From positions 186,001-250,000 of the forward strand of contig NIVC01000132.1 of NCBI GenBank assembly GCA_002269645.1: DNA of 64,000 nt, written 5' to 3'. Below the pieces are notes generated by a model. That model worked only from the letters and a program-made list of their open reading frames with translations. It searched no databases and was not told where the DNA came from. The stretch is from Macrostomum lignano. Its lineage: Eukaryota. The translations under genes and the position numbers were made by a program. Positions 1 to 12,186 of the stretch are shown here, piece after piece. The stretch's first letter is position 1. Each line of letters begins with the position of its first letter.

Positions 1-4
1 TTTC

Positions 5-1760
5 AAGACTATTTAATCGGTCATTCCCCCCCCCCCCAAGACTGTTCAGTCGGTCATTCCCCCCCCCCCCAAGACTGTTCAGTCGGTCATTCCCCCCCCC
101 CCCAAGACTGTTCAGTCGGTCATTCCCCCCCCCAAGACTGTTCAGTCGGTCATTCCCCCCCCCAAGACTGTTCAGTCGGTCATTCCCCCCCCCCAAGACT
201 GTTCAGTCGGTCATTCCCCCCCCCCAAGACTGTTCAGTCGGTCATTCCCCCCCCAAGACTGTTCAGTCGGTCATTCCCCCCCCCAAGACTGTTCAGTCGG
301 TCATTCCCCCCCCCAAGACTGTTCAGTCGGTCATTCCCCCCCCCAAGACTGTTCAGTCGGTCATTCCCCCCCCCCAAGACTGTTCAGTCGGTCATTCCCC
401 CCCCCCAAGACTGTTCAGTCGGTCATTCCCCCCCCCAAGACTGTTCAGTCGGTCATTCCCCCCCCCCAAGACTGTTCAGTCGGTCATTCCCCCCCCCCCA
501 AGACTGTTCAGTCGGTCATTCCCCCCCCCCCAAGACTGTTTAGTCGGTCATTCCCCCCCCCCCCAAGACTGTTTAGTCGGTCATTCCCCCCCCCCCAAGA
601 CTGTTCAGTCGGTCATCCCCCCCCCCAAGTCGGTCATTCCCCCCCCAAGACTGTTCAGTCGGTCATTCCCCCCCCCCAAGACTGTTTAGTCGGTCATTCC
701 CCCCCCCAAGACTGTTCAGTCGGTCATTCCCCCCCCCAAGACTGTTCAGTCGGTCATTCCCCCCCCCCCCAAGACTGTTCAGTCGGTCATTCCCCCCCCA
801 AGACTGTTCAGTCGGTCATTCCCCCCCCCCAAGACTGTTCAGTCGGTCATTCCCCCCCCCAAGACTGTTTAGTCGGTCATTCCCCCCCCAAGACTGTTTA
901 GTCGGTCATTCCCCCCCCAAGACTGTTCAGTCGGTCATCCCCCCCCCCCAAGTCGGTCATTCCCCCCCAAGACTGTTCAGTCGGTCATTCCCCCCCCCAA
1001 GACTGTTTAGTCGGTCATTCCCCCCCCCCAAGACTGTTCAGTCGGTCATTCCCCCCCCCCAAGACTGTTCAGTCGGTCATTCCCCCCCAAGTCGGTCATT
1101 TCCCCCCCCCCCCCAAGACTGTTCAGTCGGTCATTCCCCCCCCCCCAAGACTGTTCAGTCGGTCATTCCCCCCCAAGACTGTTTAGTCGGTCATTCCCCC
1201 CCCCCAAGACTGTTTAGTCGGTCATTCCCCCCCCAAGACTGTTCAGTCGGTCATTCCCCCCCCCCAAGACTGTTTAGTCGGTCATTCCCCCCCCAAGACT
1301 GTTCAGTCGGTCATTCCCCCCCCCCCCAAGACTGTTTAGTCGGTCTCCCCCCCCCCAAGACTGTTTAGTCGGTCATTCCCCCCCTAAGACTGTTTAGTCG
1401 GTCTCCCCCCCCAAGACTGTTCAGTCGGTCATCCCCCCCCAAGACGGTTCAGTCGGTCATTCCCCCCCCAAGACTGTTCAGTCGGTCATTCCCCCCCAAG
1501 ACTGTTCAGTCGGTCATTCCCCCCCCCCCAAGTCGGTCATTCCCCCCCCAAGACTGTTCAGTCGGTCATTCCCCCCCAAGACTGTTCAGTCGGTCATTCC
1601 CCCCCCCAAGACTGTTCAGTCGGTCATTCCCCCCCCCAAGACTGTTCAGTCGGTCATTCCCCCCCCAAGACTGTTTAGTCGGTCATTACCCCTCAAGGCT
1701 ATTAAATCGGTCATTACCCCTTCAAGGCTATTAAATCGGTCATTTACCTCTTCAAGGCTA
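5..1760. repeat. Minisatellite, ~30-32 bp unit AAGACTGTTCAGTCGGTCATT(C)n, probably in a GSTZ1 intron
   Basis: Roughly 50 head-to-tail units that differ mainly in poly-C length. Degenerate units (aaggctattaaatcggtcatt) occur at both ends. No spacers. Confidence 0.97.
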
Positions 1761-1879
1761 TAAACCCCTTAGTCATTCCATGTTCATGTTTATTTTCCAA
1801 GCGTAAATATTAGCAATTACTAATCCTCACTTTCTAAAACCCTCTAATCTATAACTCATTAATCCTCACAAAATGCCAG

Positions 1880-2182
1880 GTATGCGCCAGAGTCGGCGCT
1901 GACAGGAAGACTGAGTGGGGCCACTACTACATCGATCGCGGCTTTCAAGCCCTGGAGAAGCGTCTATTAGAAACGTCGGGCAAATACTGCTTCAAGAATA
2001 GCATTAGCATTGCCGACGTGTGCCTAGTGCCGCAGGTTTATAACGCCGGCCGGTTCAATGTTGATATGACTAAATATCCTACTATCAGTCGGATCAACCA
2101 GGCACTCTTGGAGCAGCAGGCGTTTATTGATGCCAGGCCGGATAAGCAGGCTGATTGTCCTGACGAATTGCGAATGCAATAA
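1880..2182 (+). CDS. GSTZ1: Glutathione S-transferase zeta / maleylacetoacetate isomerase, last coding exon (upstream exons not in the window)
   Basis: After the acceptor ccag (1876-1879) it reads VCARVGADRKTEWGHYYIDRGFQALEKRLLETSGKYCFKNSISIADVCLVPQVYNAGRFNVDMTKYPTISRINQALLEQQAFIDARPDKQADCPDELRMQ*. This matches the GST-zeta C-terminal pattern (ADxCLVPQVxNA.RF.VD...YPTI..IN..L....AF....P..Q.D.P). Not in the ORF track because it has no ATG. Confidence 0.92.
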   Translation, partial: VCARVGADRKTEWGHYYIDRGFQALEKRLLETSGKYCFKNSISIADVCLVPQVYNAGRFNVDMTKYPTISRINQALLEQQAFIDARPDKQADCPDELRMQ

Positions 2183-2281
2183 TTTTTATTCACATATATA
2201 GGTTTGATCAGTCTTCTACTGTGCTTACCTGCCCAACAGGGATAGTTGCTTGCTTCTGTTTTAACATTTGCAACAGGCCAC

Positions 2282-2935
2282 TCTATCCTGTCTCTCCATT
2301 TCTCCTGTCTCTCTCCTGTCTCTCCCTCTCCCCTGTCTCCCTCTCCCCTGTCTCTCCCTCTCTCCTGTCTCTCCCTCTCCCCTGTCTCTCCCTCTCCCCT
2401 GTCTCCCTGTCCCCTGTCTCTCCCTCTCCTGTCTCTCCCTCTCTCCTGTCTCTCCCTCTCTCCTGTCTCTCCCTCTCTCCTGTCTCTCCCTCTCTCCTGT
2501 CTCTCCCTCTCCCCTGTTTCCCTCTCCCCTGTCTCTCCCTCTCCCCTGTCTCCCTCTCCCCTGTCTCTCCCTCTCCCCTGTCTCTCCCTCTCCCCTGTCT
2601 CTCCATTTCTCCTGTCTCTCCCTCTCCCCTGTCTCCCTCTCCCCTGTCTCTCCCTCTCCTGTCTCTCCCTCTCCTGTCTCTCCCTCCTGTCTCTCCCTCT
2701 CTCCTGTCTCTCCCTCTCCCCTGTCTCTCCCTCTCCCCTGTCTCTCCTCCCCTGTCTCTCCCTCTCCCTGTCTCTCCCACTCCCTTTCTCTCTCTTTCGT
2801 GTCTTTCCCTCTTTTCTGTCTTTCCCTCTTTTCTGTCCCTCTTTTCTGTCTTTCCCTCCTGTCTGTCTTCCTCTCCCACCCAATCTCCCTATCTCTATCT
2901 CTATTCTCTCTTTCTTCCGCCCTTCTATCTGTCTT
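2282..2935. repeat. CT-rich low-complexity tandem repeat (CTCTCCCTCTCCCCTGT-like)
   Basis: Almost pure pyrimidine strand. It explains the spurious ORFs at 2038-3013. Confidence 0.95.
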
Positions 2936-3803
2936 CTAGGAATTAATCTCCTATCCCTGTCTTGCCTGTCCTACGAACGCAATTACACAGTCGTAGTTTG
3001 GATAACAATATAGCTCGCTTTAACATTAAACTAAAATGCAACACATAGAGTAGTACTAATAGTAGTACCGAAAAGAATGCGTTTTGAGCTCGGTATTTTA
3101 TGGTTTGCGTGCCAATCCTAGCTCCATTACTGCAAAGCGTCGTGTGCTTGCGTCTGATGCAAGCCGATTAGTGCTTATCATTATTACATTTAGTATCCAG
3201 TATATTTATATATAACAAAACGACAGTTCGCTCCTTGAATCAATTTGAATGCTTTCAATGCTCATTTAATATGGACTATGTCGCCACTGTTTTATCTTGA
3301 TTAATCTTTATTACCAGATATCACGTAGCTATTTTCTAAGCGCAGCTTTACACCGTTAATTAATTACTTTAAATTAGAATTAATTTTGTTTCAATTTTCA
3401 AATACAAGAAAAGCAGCTATTGAGTCATGTTTTATATTCCGGTATCTTTTTTGTTTCATTTTTTAAAGCTGTAAAAATCACCACTCTCTACTTGTCAGTA
3501 GTTTTTAGTAGTATTTATAGCATCGCCCGATGTTGCTTATTTTAAAACTTTTACAATCCAACAATCTGCCTTGCAGCCGCAGGTTGACGAGTTGGGCTAT
3601 CGGCCCCAGCCGCCGGATCCCATGCTTTAAAATCCGCCCGCATTGCGTCCAGCACTTGCTCTCCCTGCTCACTGAACTTACTTTCTTTCCAATCGATCTG
3701 TGTCGTCTGTCAACTCTCGGCCTACAATCGCCAGTCGCGATTGCTGGACACGAGAGCCGTAGCGCAGGAGGGCGGAGGTTCAAGCCTTCAAAAAGCCCGC
3801 TAA

Positions 3804-6251
3804 ATGTCTTTCACCGATCTGTTGTCGAGCTCGCGAAGCTTGCCGTCGCTGTCGCTGGTGTTGAATAGCCCGGATGTTGGCTTCTCGCTGGTGTTCGCCT
3901 GTCCCCGGCCCGAGGACAATTTCACTCACTGCTACTCGTACGAGGAGGATGACGGCCTGCTGGAATTGATGGAGCTGGGCTACCTGCCCACCTACCTGCT
4001 CGATTATCTGCGCGGCTATCCCGACATCTTCCAGACTGACGTTGGCGACGGCGGCGGCGCCGGTGTCGCTTTGGATGTGGTCGACGTTCGCCAATCGAAG
4101 ACTAATCCAACTAGACGGCGGCTGGCTCTGAGACCGACTCACGAGTTCCTGTGGGACCAGATTCGACAGCAGGTCGGCGGCGGCGGCCCGGGCCGTCGGC
4201 ATTTAACACCGCTAGAGGCCGAAGCTGAGGCAATCAATGCGGCCGAATCAGCTACGCCGCTCGACCTTCAGCCGCCGATGCCGACAGACCAAGCCGGTAG
4301 CAACGAGTGCCCCCGCCTGCTGGCCTATCTGCAGAGCCGCCTGGACGAGCGCAGCGTCGGTCGGCAGCGTCGACGAGCGAAGCGTCAATTATTAGCCGAT
4401 TATTCGCACGAGGCCCAGCGCCGGCAGGCGTTGAACTTGCCGGCCCCGCCGTCGCCGAGCCAGGTGGAGGAGGATCCGAGCTTGTCAGCTGCGTTCCAGC
4501 GGCCGACACTGCGACCGGCTAGGCCGTCCGTGCGCGACCTACTTGGCAGTCGGCGCGGCAATCAATCAGTCGATTTTTGGCGACCAACCTACCAGTTGGC
4601 TGAGGAGGAGCAAAGGCGGCACGAGTCTGGGTTGCGCCAGCCTCCCCTGAATCCGCAGGTGTTCCCGCCGGATCGAAGTGTGCCAAGTAGCGCCGCCGCA
4701 GCGTCTGCTGCCGGTCAACCGCCGCAGATCGGCGACGTCGAATTTTCCGACACCGTTGTTGAAGAGGTGGAAGTCAGAGTCCAGCCGGGTCACCGGTGTC
4801 CCTACCTGCACCGGCTTAAGGTGTTGAAACGCCGACCCGATGGCAGACATTTCGGTCACTTCACCGTTGAGAAACTGGCGCCAGGCGCCGGTCTGCCCGG
4901 CCAGCGTCCAGAAGAGCCAGTCCGTTACTCGGCTGAGCTTGGCCGGGCCGCCTCAGTTCGAGTGTTTCTTCGACAATACGCCGACCTGCTCACCGACCGA
5001 GGCCGGCATCAGGCTGAGGTTGTCCGCCGGCAGCCCGGCCTGCCGCCCCAGAAGATTAACACTCCGCAGCTGTTGATGCCGCAGCACGCCGCTGTACTTC
5101 AAGCCTCTTCTATGCCGCCGCCGCCGCCTCCACCACCGCCGCCTTCTGCACATCCGCCTGCGCCTGCGCCGCCGCAACCTCAGCCTCAGCCTACGCCGTC
5201 TCAATCACAGGCGCCTCTGCTAACGGCCTCGCTGTCGCAGACTGTGGTTGCCGCTCCGCTAGCCAAACCGCTGCCGCCGCCGTCTCGATTTCCTGTGCAG
5301 ACTGCGGTTGCTGGCTCCGCTTCTCCGCTGCAGATTGTAACTGGCGGCGGCGCCACCTCCAACGCGTCTGTGGTTCCAGTGAAGACTATGCCGCACAATA
5401 GGGCAGCTCACCTGTTGCCTAATGGCACCGCGGCTATGGCAGCCACCTCTCTTATGCAGCCGCCGCCGCAGCCGCCGCAGCATCCCCGGCGTCAGCAGCA
5501 GCATCAGTTACATCAGCAACAGCAGCAGCAACAGTTGAATTTGGTGCCAACCACAGCAATATTCCAAGGCTCAACAGTTCCAACTGGCAGTCTGGTTTCC
5601 GTATCACCAGCCGGTTCAGTTCGATTCCAGGGTTCCACCGCTGCGCAGGCAGCTGTGGGTGCCGCAGCCGGCGCCGCGCAGCACTCAACGCAGGCCTTGA
5701 CGACGGTGGCCTTCGGCGGGCAGCAGGCTGGCCAGGCCCTGACTGCGGTCACCTACGGAGCGCCACATCAGATGGCGGCGGTGGTGGCAACGCAGCCGTT
5801 TTATCGGCCAGGTCCGCCTCCACCTCACCAACAACAGGTGCACCAGATTCAACAGGTGCCGCATGTGCAACAGGTTCAACATGTTCAGCATGTGCAGCAA
5901 GTGCATCACCTTCAGCATCATCATCAGCAGCAGCAGCAGAACAGAATTCGCCTGTCAGCTCAGCTGTTGCATAACCGGCCGCGAATACAGGTGCTTACTG
6001 GGCAGAGGCTGCCAGTAACGGTGGCGCAGCAGCAGCAGCATCAGCAGCAGCTGGACCCGCAGCAACAACAGCAGTTCGCTCAGCTGCACTATCACAATAA
6101 TCATCATCACAGTCAACAACAGCAGCAGCATCAGCAGCAACAGCACCTGCAGCCCGGCATGCTGGGTGCGCCGCCAGGCGCTAAACCGGCTGTACATAGC
6201 CTGGGCCATCATCCGCCACCAATGCAGCTGCATCTTCAGCAGCCGCCCTAG
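3804..6251 (+). CDS. SUPT20H: SAGA complex subunit Spt20-like protein, 815 aa, single exon, Q/P/H-rich C-terminus
   Basis: N-terminal SLVLNSPDVGFSL...YEEDDGLLELMELGYLPTYLLDYL...LDVVDVRQS...RRLALRPTHEFL...LEAEAEAINA...PLDLQP aligns by eye to the Spt20 conserved domain (LVVNLYPGNEGYSL...[23 protein letters not shown]...EIRDYRQS...RHILLRPTMQTL...EPLCLDP). Confidence 0.8.
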   Translation: MSFTDLLSSSRSLPSLSLVLNSPDVGFSLVFACPRPEDNFTHCYSYEEDDGLLELMELGYLPTYLLDYLRGYPDIFQTDVGDGGGAGVALDVVDVRQSKTNPTRRRLALRPTHEFLWDQIRQQVGGGGPGRRHLTPLEAEAEAINAAESATPLDLQPPMPTDQAGSNECPRLLAYLQSRLDERSVGRQRRRAKRQLLADYSHEAQRRQALNLPAPPSPSQVEEDPSLSAAFQRPTLRPARPSVRDLLGSRRGNQSVDFWRPTYQLAEEEQRRHESGLRQPPLNPQVFPPDRSVPSSAAAASAAGQPPQIGDVEFSDTVVEEVEVRVQPGHRCPYLHRLKVLKRRPDGRHFGHFTVEKLAPGAGLPGQRPEEPVRYSAELGRAASVRVFLRQYADLLTDRGRHQAEVVRRQPGLPPQKINTPQLLMPQHAAVLQASSMPPPPPPPPPPSAHPPAPAPPQPQPQPTPSQSQAPLLTASLSQTVVAAPLAKPLPPPSRFPVQTAVAGSASPLQIVTGGGATSNASVVPVKTMPHNRAAHLLPNGTAAMAATSLMQPPPQPPQHPRRQQQHQLHQQQQQQQLNLVPTTAIFQGSTVPTGSLVSVSPAGSVRFQGSTAAQAAVGAAAGAAQHSTQALTTVAFGGQQAGQALTAVTYGAPHQMAAVVATQPFYRPGPPPPHQQQVHQIQQVPHVQQVQHVQHVQQVHHLQHHHQQQQQNRIRLSAQLLHNRPRIQVLTGQRLPVTVAQQQQHQQQLDPQQQQQFAQLHYHNNHHHSQQQQQHQQQQHLQPGMLGAPPGAKPAVHSLGHHPPPMQLHLQQPP

Positions 6252-6935
6252 GGTTAGGATAAGTGCAAACAAACACAGCCTGTGATGCCCCACCCGCTGC
6301 AGAATTAACCGCCCGTGTGCTTTTGGATCGTCGTAAATTAGATATGGCTACTGCTATAACTGACTAATTTTGTGCATAGTTTTTTATTCCCGTTCGCTAC
6401 TACTTCAAGCAGTGGGGTACGAGTAGTCAATTGATCAGATTAAACAATAACTGTAACATACTATTTATTAGTAAGGAGATTTCTGGGCTGTTTTTCTCTG
6501 TTTTCTATTAAATATTCGCATAAAAATTCAATCTGTCGCTATATCCAATACCCGCTGTGCATTTGTTTAACGGTTTAGTTTTTTTTTAAATATCTCAGTT
6601 TCTTTAGCTTGTCAAGCCGCTCAATGTAGCGATTTAAAGTGGCGCGTTCTACTGTAAAACTGGGAATATTCTTGGCTTAAGATTTATATATGAGTGGCTC
6701 ATAAATTTGATTTCATGATTGCCCATGTCATCTATAAATAATAACTGAGTGCTATTCTGTATAGAGCGCGTGCTACCCTGTTTCTACTGACAGATCCCCG
6801 TGTGCTTCTATATCTGTACCTGCTACTGAGTGTACAATGCTGCATTGTCCTTTCAATTTATTATCTATTCGCTTCTATTTTGCACCAACTCCATTCTAAT
6901 AGTTTAACAGCATTTGTTCCACTCACTCTCCCTGA

Positions 6936-7000
<65 letters not shown>

Positions 7001-7001
7001 G

Positions 7002-7062
<61 letters not shown>

Positions 7063-7108
7063 GCCTGTCTGTCTTGCTGTCTCTGTCTGTCTGTCTGTCT
7101 GCCTGTCC

Positions 7109-7144
<36 letters not shown>

Positions 7145-7179
7145 GCCTGTCTGTCTGTCTGTCTGCCTGTCTGTCTTGC

Positions 7180-7238
<59 letters not shown>

Positions 7239-7578
7239 GTGTCTGCCTGTCTGTCTGTCTGTCTGTCTGTCTGGCTGTCTGTCTGTCTGTGTGTCTGTCC
7301 GTCGTGTCTGTGTGTCTGTCCGTCGTGTCTGTGTGTCTGTCCGTCGTGTCTGTCTGTCTTTTTTAGTGTCTGTCCGCCTGTCTGTCTGTCTGTTTGTCTG
7401 TGTGTCTGTCTGTCTGTCTGTCTCTCTGTCTGTCTGGCTGGCTGGCTGGCTGTCTGTCTGTCTGTCTGTCTGTCTGGCTGGCTGGCTGGCTGTCTGTCTG
7501 TCTGTCTGCCTGTCCGTCTGTCTGTCTGTCTGTCTGTCTGTCTGCCTGTCTGTCTGTCTGTCTGCCTGTCTGTCTTGC

Positions 7579-7625
<47 letters not shown>

Positions 7626-7881
7626 GTGTCTGCCTGTCTGTCTGTCTGTCTGTCTGTCTGTCTGGCTGTCTGTCTGTCTGTGTGTCTGTCCGTCGTGTCT
7701 GTGTGTCTGTCCGTCGTGTCTGTGTGTCTGTCCGTCGTGTCTGTCTGTCTTTTTTAGTGTCTGTCCGCCTGTCTGTCTGTCTGTTTGTCTGTGTGTCTGT
7801 CTGTCTGTCTGTCTCTCTGTCTGTCTGGCTGGCTGGCTGGCTGTCTGTCTGTCTGTCTGTCTGTCTGGCTGGCTGGCTGGC

Positions 7882-7915
<34 letters not shown>

Positions 7916-8037
7916 CCTGTCTGTCTGCCTGTATGTGTGTCCGTGTGTCTGTCTGTCTGCCTGTCTGTTTGCCTGTCTGTCTGCCTGTATGTCTGTCTGT
8001 CTGTCTGTCTGTGTGTCTGTCTGTCTGTCTGTCTGTG

Positions 8038-8084
<47 letters not shown>

Positions 8085-8188
8085 GTGTCTGTCTGTCTGT
8101 CTGTTTGCCTGTCTGTCTGCCTGTATGTGTGTCTGTCTGTCTGCCTGTCTGTCTTGCTGTCTCTGTCTGTCTGTCTGTCTGCCTGTCC

Positions 8189-8224
<36 letters not shown>

Positions 8225-8259
8225 GCCTGTCTGTCTGTCTGTCTGCCTGTCTGTCTTGC

Positions 8260-8318
<59 letters not shown>

Positions 8319-8574
8319 GTGTCTGCCTGTCTGTCTGTCTGTCTGTCTGTCTGGCTGTCTGTCTGTCTGTGTGTCTGTCCGTCGTGTCTGTGTGTCTGTC
8401 CGTCGTGTCTGTGTGTCTGTCCGTCGTGTCTGTCTGTCTTTTTTAGTGTCTGTCCGCCTGTCTGTCTGTCTGTTTGTCTGTGTGTCTGTCTGTCTGTCTG
8501 TCTCTCTGTCTGTCTGGCTGGCTGGCTGGCTGTCTGTCTGTCTGTCTGTCTGTCTGTCTGGCTGGCTGGCTGGC

Positions 8575-8608
<34 letters not shown>

Positions 8609-8730
8609 CCTGTCTGTCTGCCTGTATGTGTGTCCGTGTGTCTGTCTGTCTGCCTGTCTGTTTGCCTGTCTGTCTGCCTGTATGTCTGTCTGTCTGTCTG
8701 TCTGTGTGTCTGTCTGTCTGTCTGTCTGTG

Positions 8731-8804
<74 letters not shown>

Positions 8805-8906
8805 CCTGTCTGTCTGCCTGTATGTGTGTCTGTCTGTCTGCCTGTCTGTTTGCCTCTCTGTCTGCCTGTATGTCTGTCTGTCTGTCTGTGTGTCTGTCTG
8901 TCTGTC
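6936..8906. repeat. (TCTG)n microsatellite with higher-order duplications
   Basis: About 2 kb of TCTG with recurring variant blocks. It explains the ORFs at 6802-9206. Confidence 0.98.
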
Positions 8907-9806
8907 TTTTGTTCTGCTTTTATTTCTTCCCATTCTCCCCCTATCGCTCAACCGCTCTGCCTATCTGCCCCGTCTCTCTCACGTCTCAATCATATCTCAG
9001 TGGCTCTTCAATCTGTCTCCTTTCTAGTCCCGTATCTATTTAACTTCGCGTCTGGTTTAGCGTTTTGTGGTTGTAATATTTTTCCAAACCGATTCCAGTT
9101 AAAATTTGTCCCATTTTGTTCAGTTGTGTGGCTGTTCGTTGCCTCTGTATCGCCAGCCAGTATCGCTTCTCTACTACTGATAATACAACGTAAAATACAT
9201 GTGTAGCTGTTCACATTACCCGCCAGCCAGCCGGCGAGCAGTTTGCGGCACTTGAATCTATAAATATATATTTTCTCTGAATTATTGTAAAACAGCCCGA
9301 GCCCTTTCCCTGTGCGTTTTGTAATCGCCGCTCTTTCTATTCTGTTGAAACATGATTGGACTTGCTTGCTACTCGCGTATGAACTTCAATCAGATGCCGC
9401 TTTATAAAGTGCTATCTGTGTGCAGAGCGCTTAATTTCATCAGTTTCGTGTGCGTGTGTTTGTTTTGAATTATTGAGTACAAATATATATATGTTTATAC
9501 TTATATTTGTCAAGTTATTTAACTACCTAATACCCGTATATTGTTGATTGATTGTCTATAACTGATTGCAGAATTCGGTCTTTACTCCATTTGCCAGGAT
9601 TTATTGTGTGTGAACGGTGAGCGATTGCTCAACTGCTGGACTTGCCTACCTTTATCCCTCTTGCATAGTAATATCAGGTATTGGAAACGAAAATATTGAT
9701 TTAAAGCATCATCACTCTGTATCTAAACTGCTGGCCAAATCTAAATTTAGGTGCCTTTGCGTTAGTTAGTTAACTATTTTTGTTACTCCCTTAAGTTGGT
9801 TAATTT

Positions 9807-9889
9807 GTTAGTTAGTCAGTTAGTTACTTAGTTAGTTACCTAGTCAGTTAGTTAGTCAGTTAGTTAGCTAGTTAGTTAGCTAGTTAGTC

Positions 9890-9933
<44 letters not shown>

Positions 9934-9985
9934 GGTTAGTCAGTCAGTTAGTTTGTCAGTTAGTTTTTCAATTAGTCAGTTAGTT
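9807..9985. repeat. (TTAG)n microsatellite, imperfect
   Basis: gttagttagt run with tcag variants. Confidence 0.95.
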
Positions 9986-10393
9986 ACTCAGTCCGTTGAC
10001 ATTGTCGACAATGTTGACGTCAAGGTGGCAGTTGCCCGCAATTATTAGCAAGGAGGCAAGTGGCTAAATTACCACAACCAATTCAACACAACACACGGAT
10101 GTACTGCGGCACTGAGTTTCTCATCAAACATTTGTGTACACAATGCACTGCACTCTCGGTGTCTTTCTGGAGGTTGGTCCTCATGGCATCAATTGCACAA
10201 GCTTCTGGCCAAAGTGCGCGAACCTCATAGTTGGATGCGTTGTACCCTCCTCACTCGCGACTTCCCCTAAGCCGAAGCAATGCCATTTCTATGCAAGAAA
10301 GCAGTGAGTATAAAAAGGCATGGTCTTATGGTTGTCAAAAGGCCTCCAGTGTTTCCAAATCAAGCTTCGATCCCAGCCTGCCAATCTAATCTA

Positions 10394-11659
10394 ATGGATG
10401 ATGATCTGACATGATGGATGATGATTTGACATGATGGATGATCATCTGACATGATGGATGATGATCTCACATGATGGATGATGATCTGACATGATGGATG
10501 ATGATTTGACATGATGGATGATCATCTGACATGATGGATGATGATCTCACATGATGGATGATGATCTCACATGATGGATGATGATCTGACATGATGGATG
10601 ATGATCTCACATGATGGATGATGAACTGCCATGATGGATGATGATCTGACATGATGGATGATGATCTCACATGATGGATGATGATCTGACATGATGGATG
10701 ATGATTTGACATGATGGATGATCATCTGACATGATGGATGATGATCTCACATGATGGATGATGATCTCACATGATGGATGATGATCTGACATGATGGATG
10801 ATGATCTCACATGATGGATGATGAACTGCCATGATGGATGATGATCTGACATGATGGATGATGATCTCACATGATGGATGATGATCTGACATGATTGATG
10901 ATGATCTCACATGATGGATGATGATCTGACATGATGGATGATGATCTGACATGATGGATGATCATCTGACATGATGGATGATGATCTCACATGATGGATG
11001 ATGATCTGACATGATGGATGATGATCTCACATGATGGATGATGATCTGACATGATGGATGATGATCTGACATGATGGATGATGATCTCACATGATGGATG
11101 ATGATCTCACATGATGGATGATCATCTGACATGATGGATGATGATCTCACATGATGGATGATGATCTGACATGATGGATGATGATCTCACATGATGGATG
11201 ATGAACTGCCATGATGGATGATGATCTCACATGATGGATGATGAACTGCCATGATGGATGATGATCTGACATGATGGATGATGATCTAACATGATGGATG
11301 ATGATCTGACATGATGGATGATGATCTCACATGATGGATGATGATCTGACATGATGGATGATGATCTCACATGATGGATGATGAACTGCCATGATGGATG
11401 ATGAACTGCCATGATGGATGATGATCTGCCATGATGGATGATGATCTCACATGATGGATGATGATCTGACATGATGAATGATGATCTGACATGATGAATG
11501 ATGATCTCACATTATGGGTGATGATCTGACATGGTGGATGATGATCTCACATGATGGATGATGATCTCACATGATGAATGATGATCTGACATGATGAATG
11601 ATGATCTCACATTATGGGTGATGATCTGACATGGTGGATGATGATCTGACATGGTGGAT
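10394..11659. repeat. 20-bp minisatellite ATGATGGATGATGATCT(C/G)AC
   Basis: About 60 tandem copies. It explains the ORFs at 10467-11796. Confidence 0.97.
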
Positions 11660-12186
11660 TCTTGAATCCCTTGAATAAGGGATGCATTGCTTTGTTTAAC
11701 TGCTTTTCTAGTCCAATTTCTTACATGAATTAATTTCTGCCTCCACCCGGTGCGCGTGTTATAATCTACATGGCCATGAGGATCTGCAGTGAACAAATAA
11801 TTTTAGGCTCATGAAATTACGTCTTATAGATAAGGTCCCAAATGAAGCGGACCGTTCGATTGGGTTCTATAAAACTCAGCAGAATCCAATGGATCCTGCT
11901 ATATTGTATAGTTGGTCCATTTGAGCACTTGCTGCTGCTCTCAGTGAGCGGAACTTCTCTCTCGTATTTGCCGAAGATAAGGACACTGTGGAGTAGAGCG
12001 GCAAGCTTGGCTATTGCGCGTTAGTCCCATGTTGTGTTTTATCGCGTTGCCAATGCTTATATTTCTTCGCGCTCGTCTTTCCTCGGGAGTTTATTACGAG
12101 CGCATTATTGCACCGTTGGTTGAAGAGGCGAAGCGTTTGGAAATAGACTTCCGAAAACCTTAGCACATTTAGCATTACAAACCAGC

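Noticed and set aside
5-1760. CRISPR-like appearance of regularly spaced ~30-38-bp repeats (also 21762, 29905, 46445)
   Set aside because: Units are head-to-tail with no unique spacers, there are no cas genes, and the context is eukaryotic introns.
2038-3013. Long ORFs of 198-281 aa
   Set aside because: Translations of a CT/GA low-complexity tract; same for 18636-19291 and 43767-44157.
3530-3868. 112-aa ORF overlapping the Spt20 start
   Set aside because: Starts at a real ATG but has no recognisable homology or coding signature. It could be a uORF but is unsupported.
6802-9206. ORFs up to 741 aa (SVCL/TDRQ repeats)
   Set aside because: Stop-free frames of (TCTG)n; same for 33372-34127 and 37598-38701 on the minus strand.
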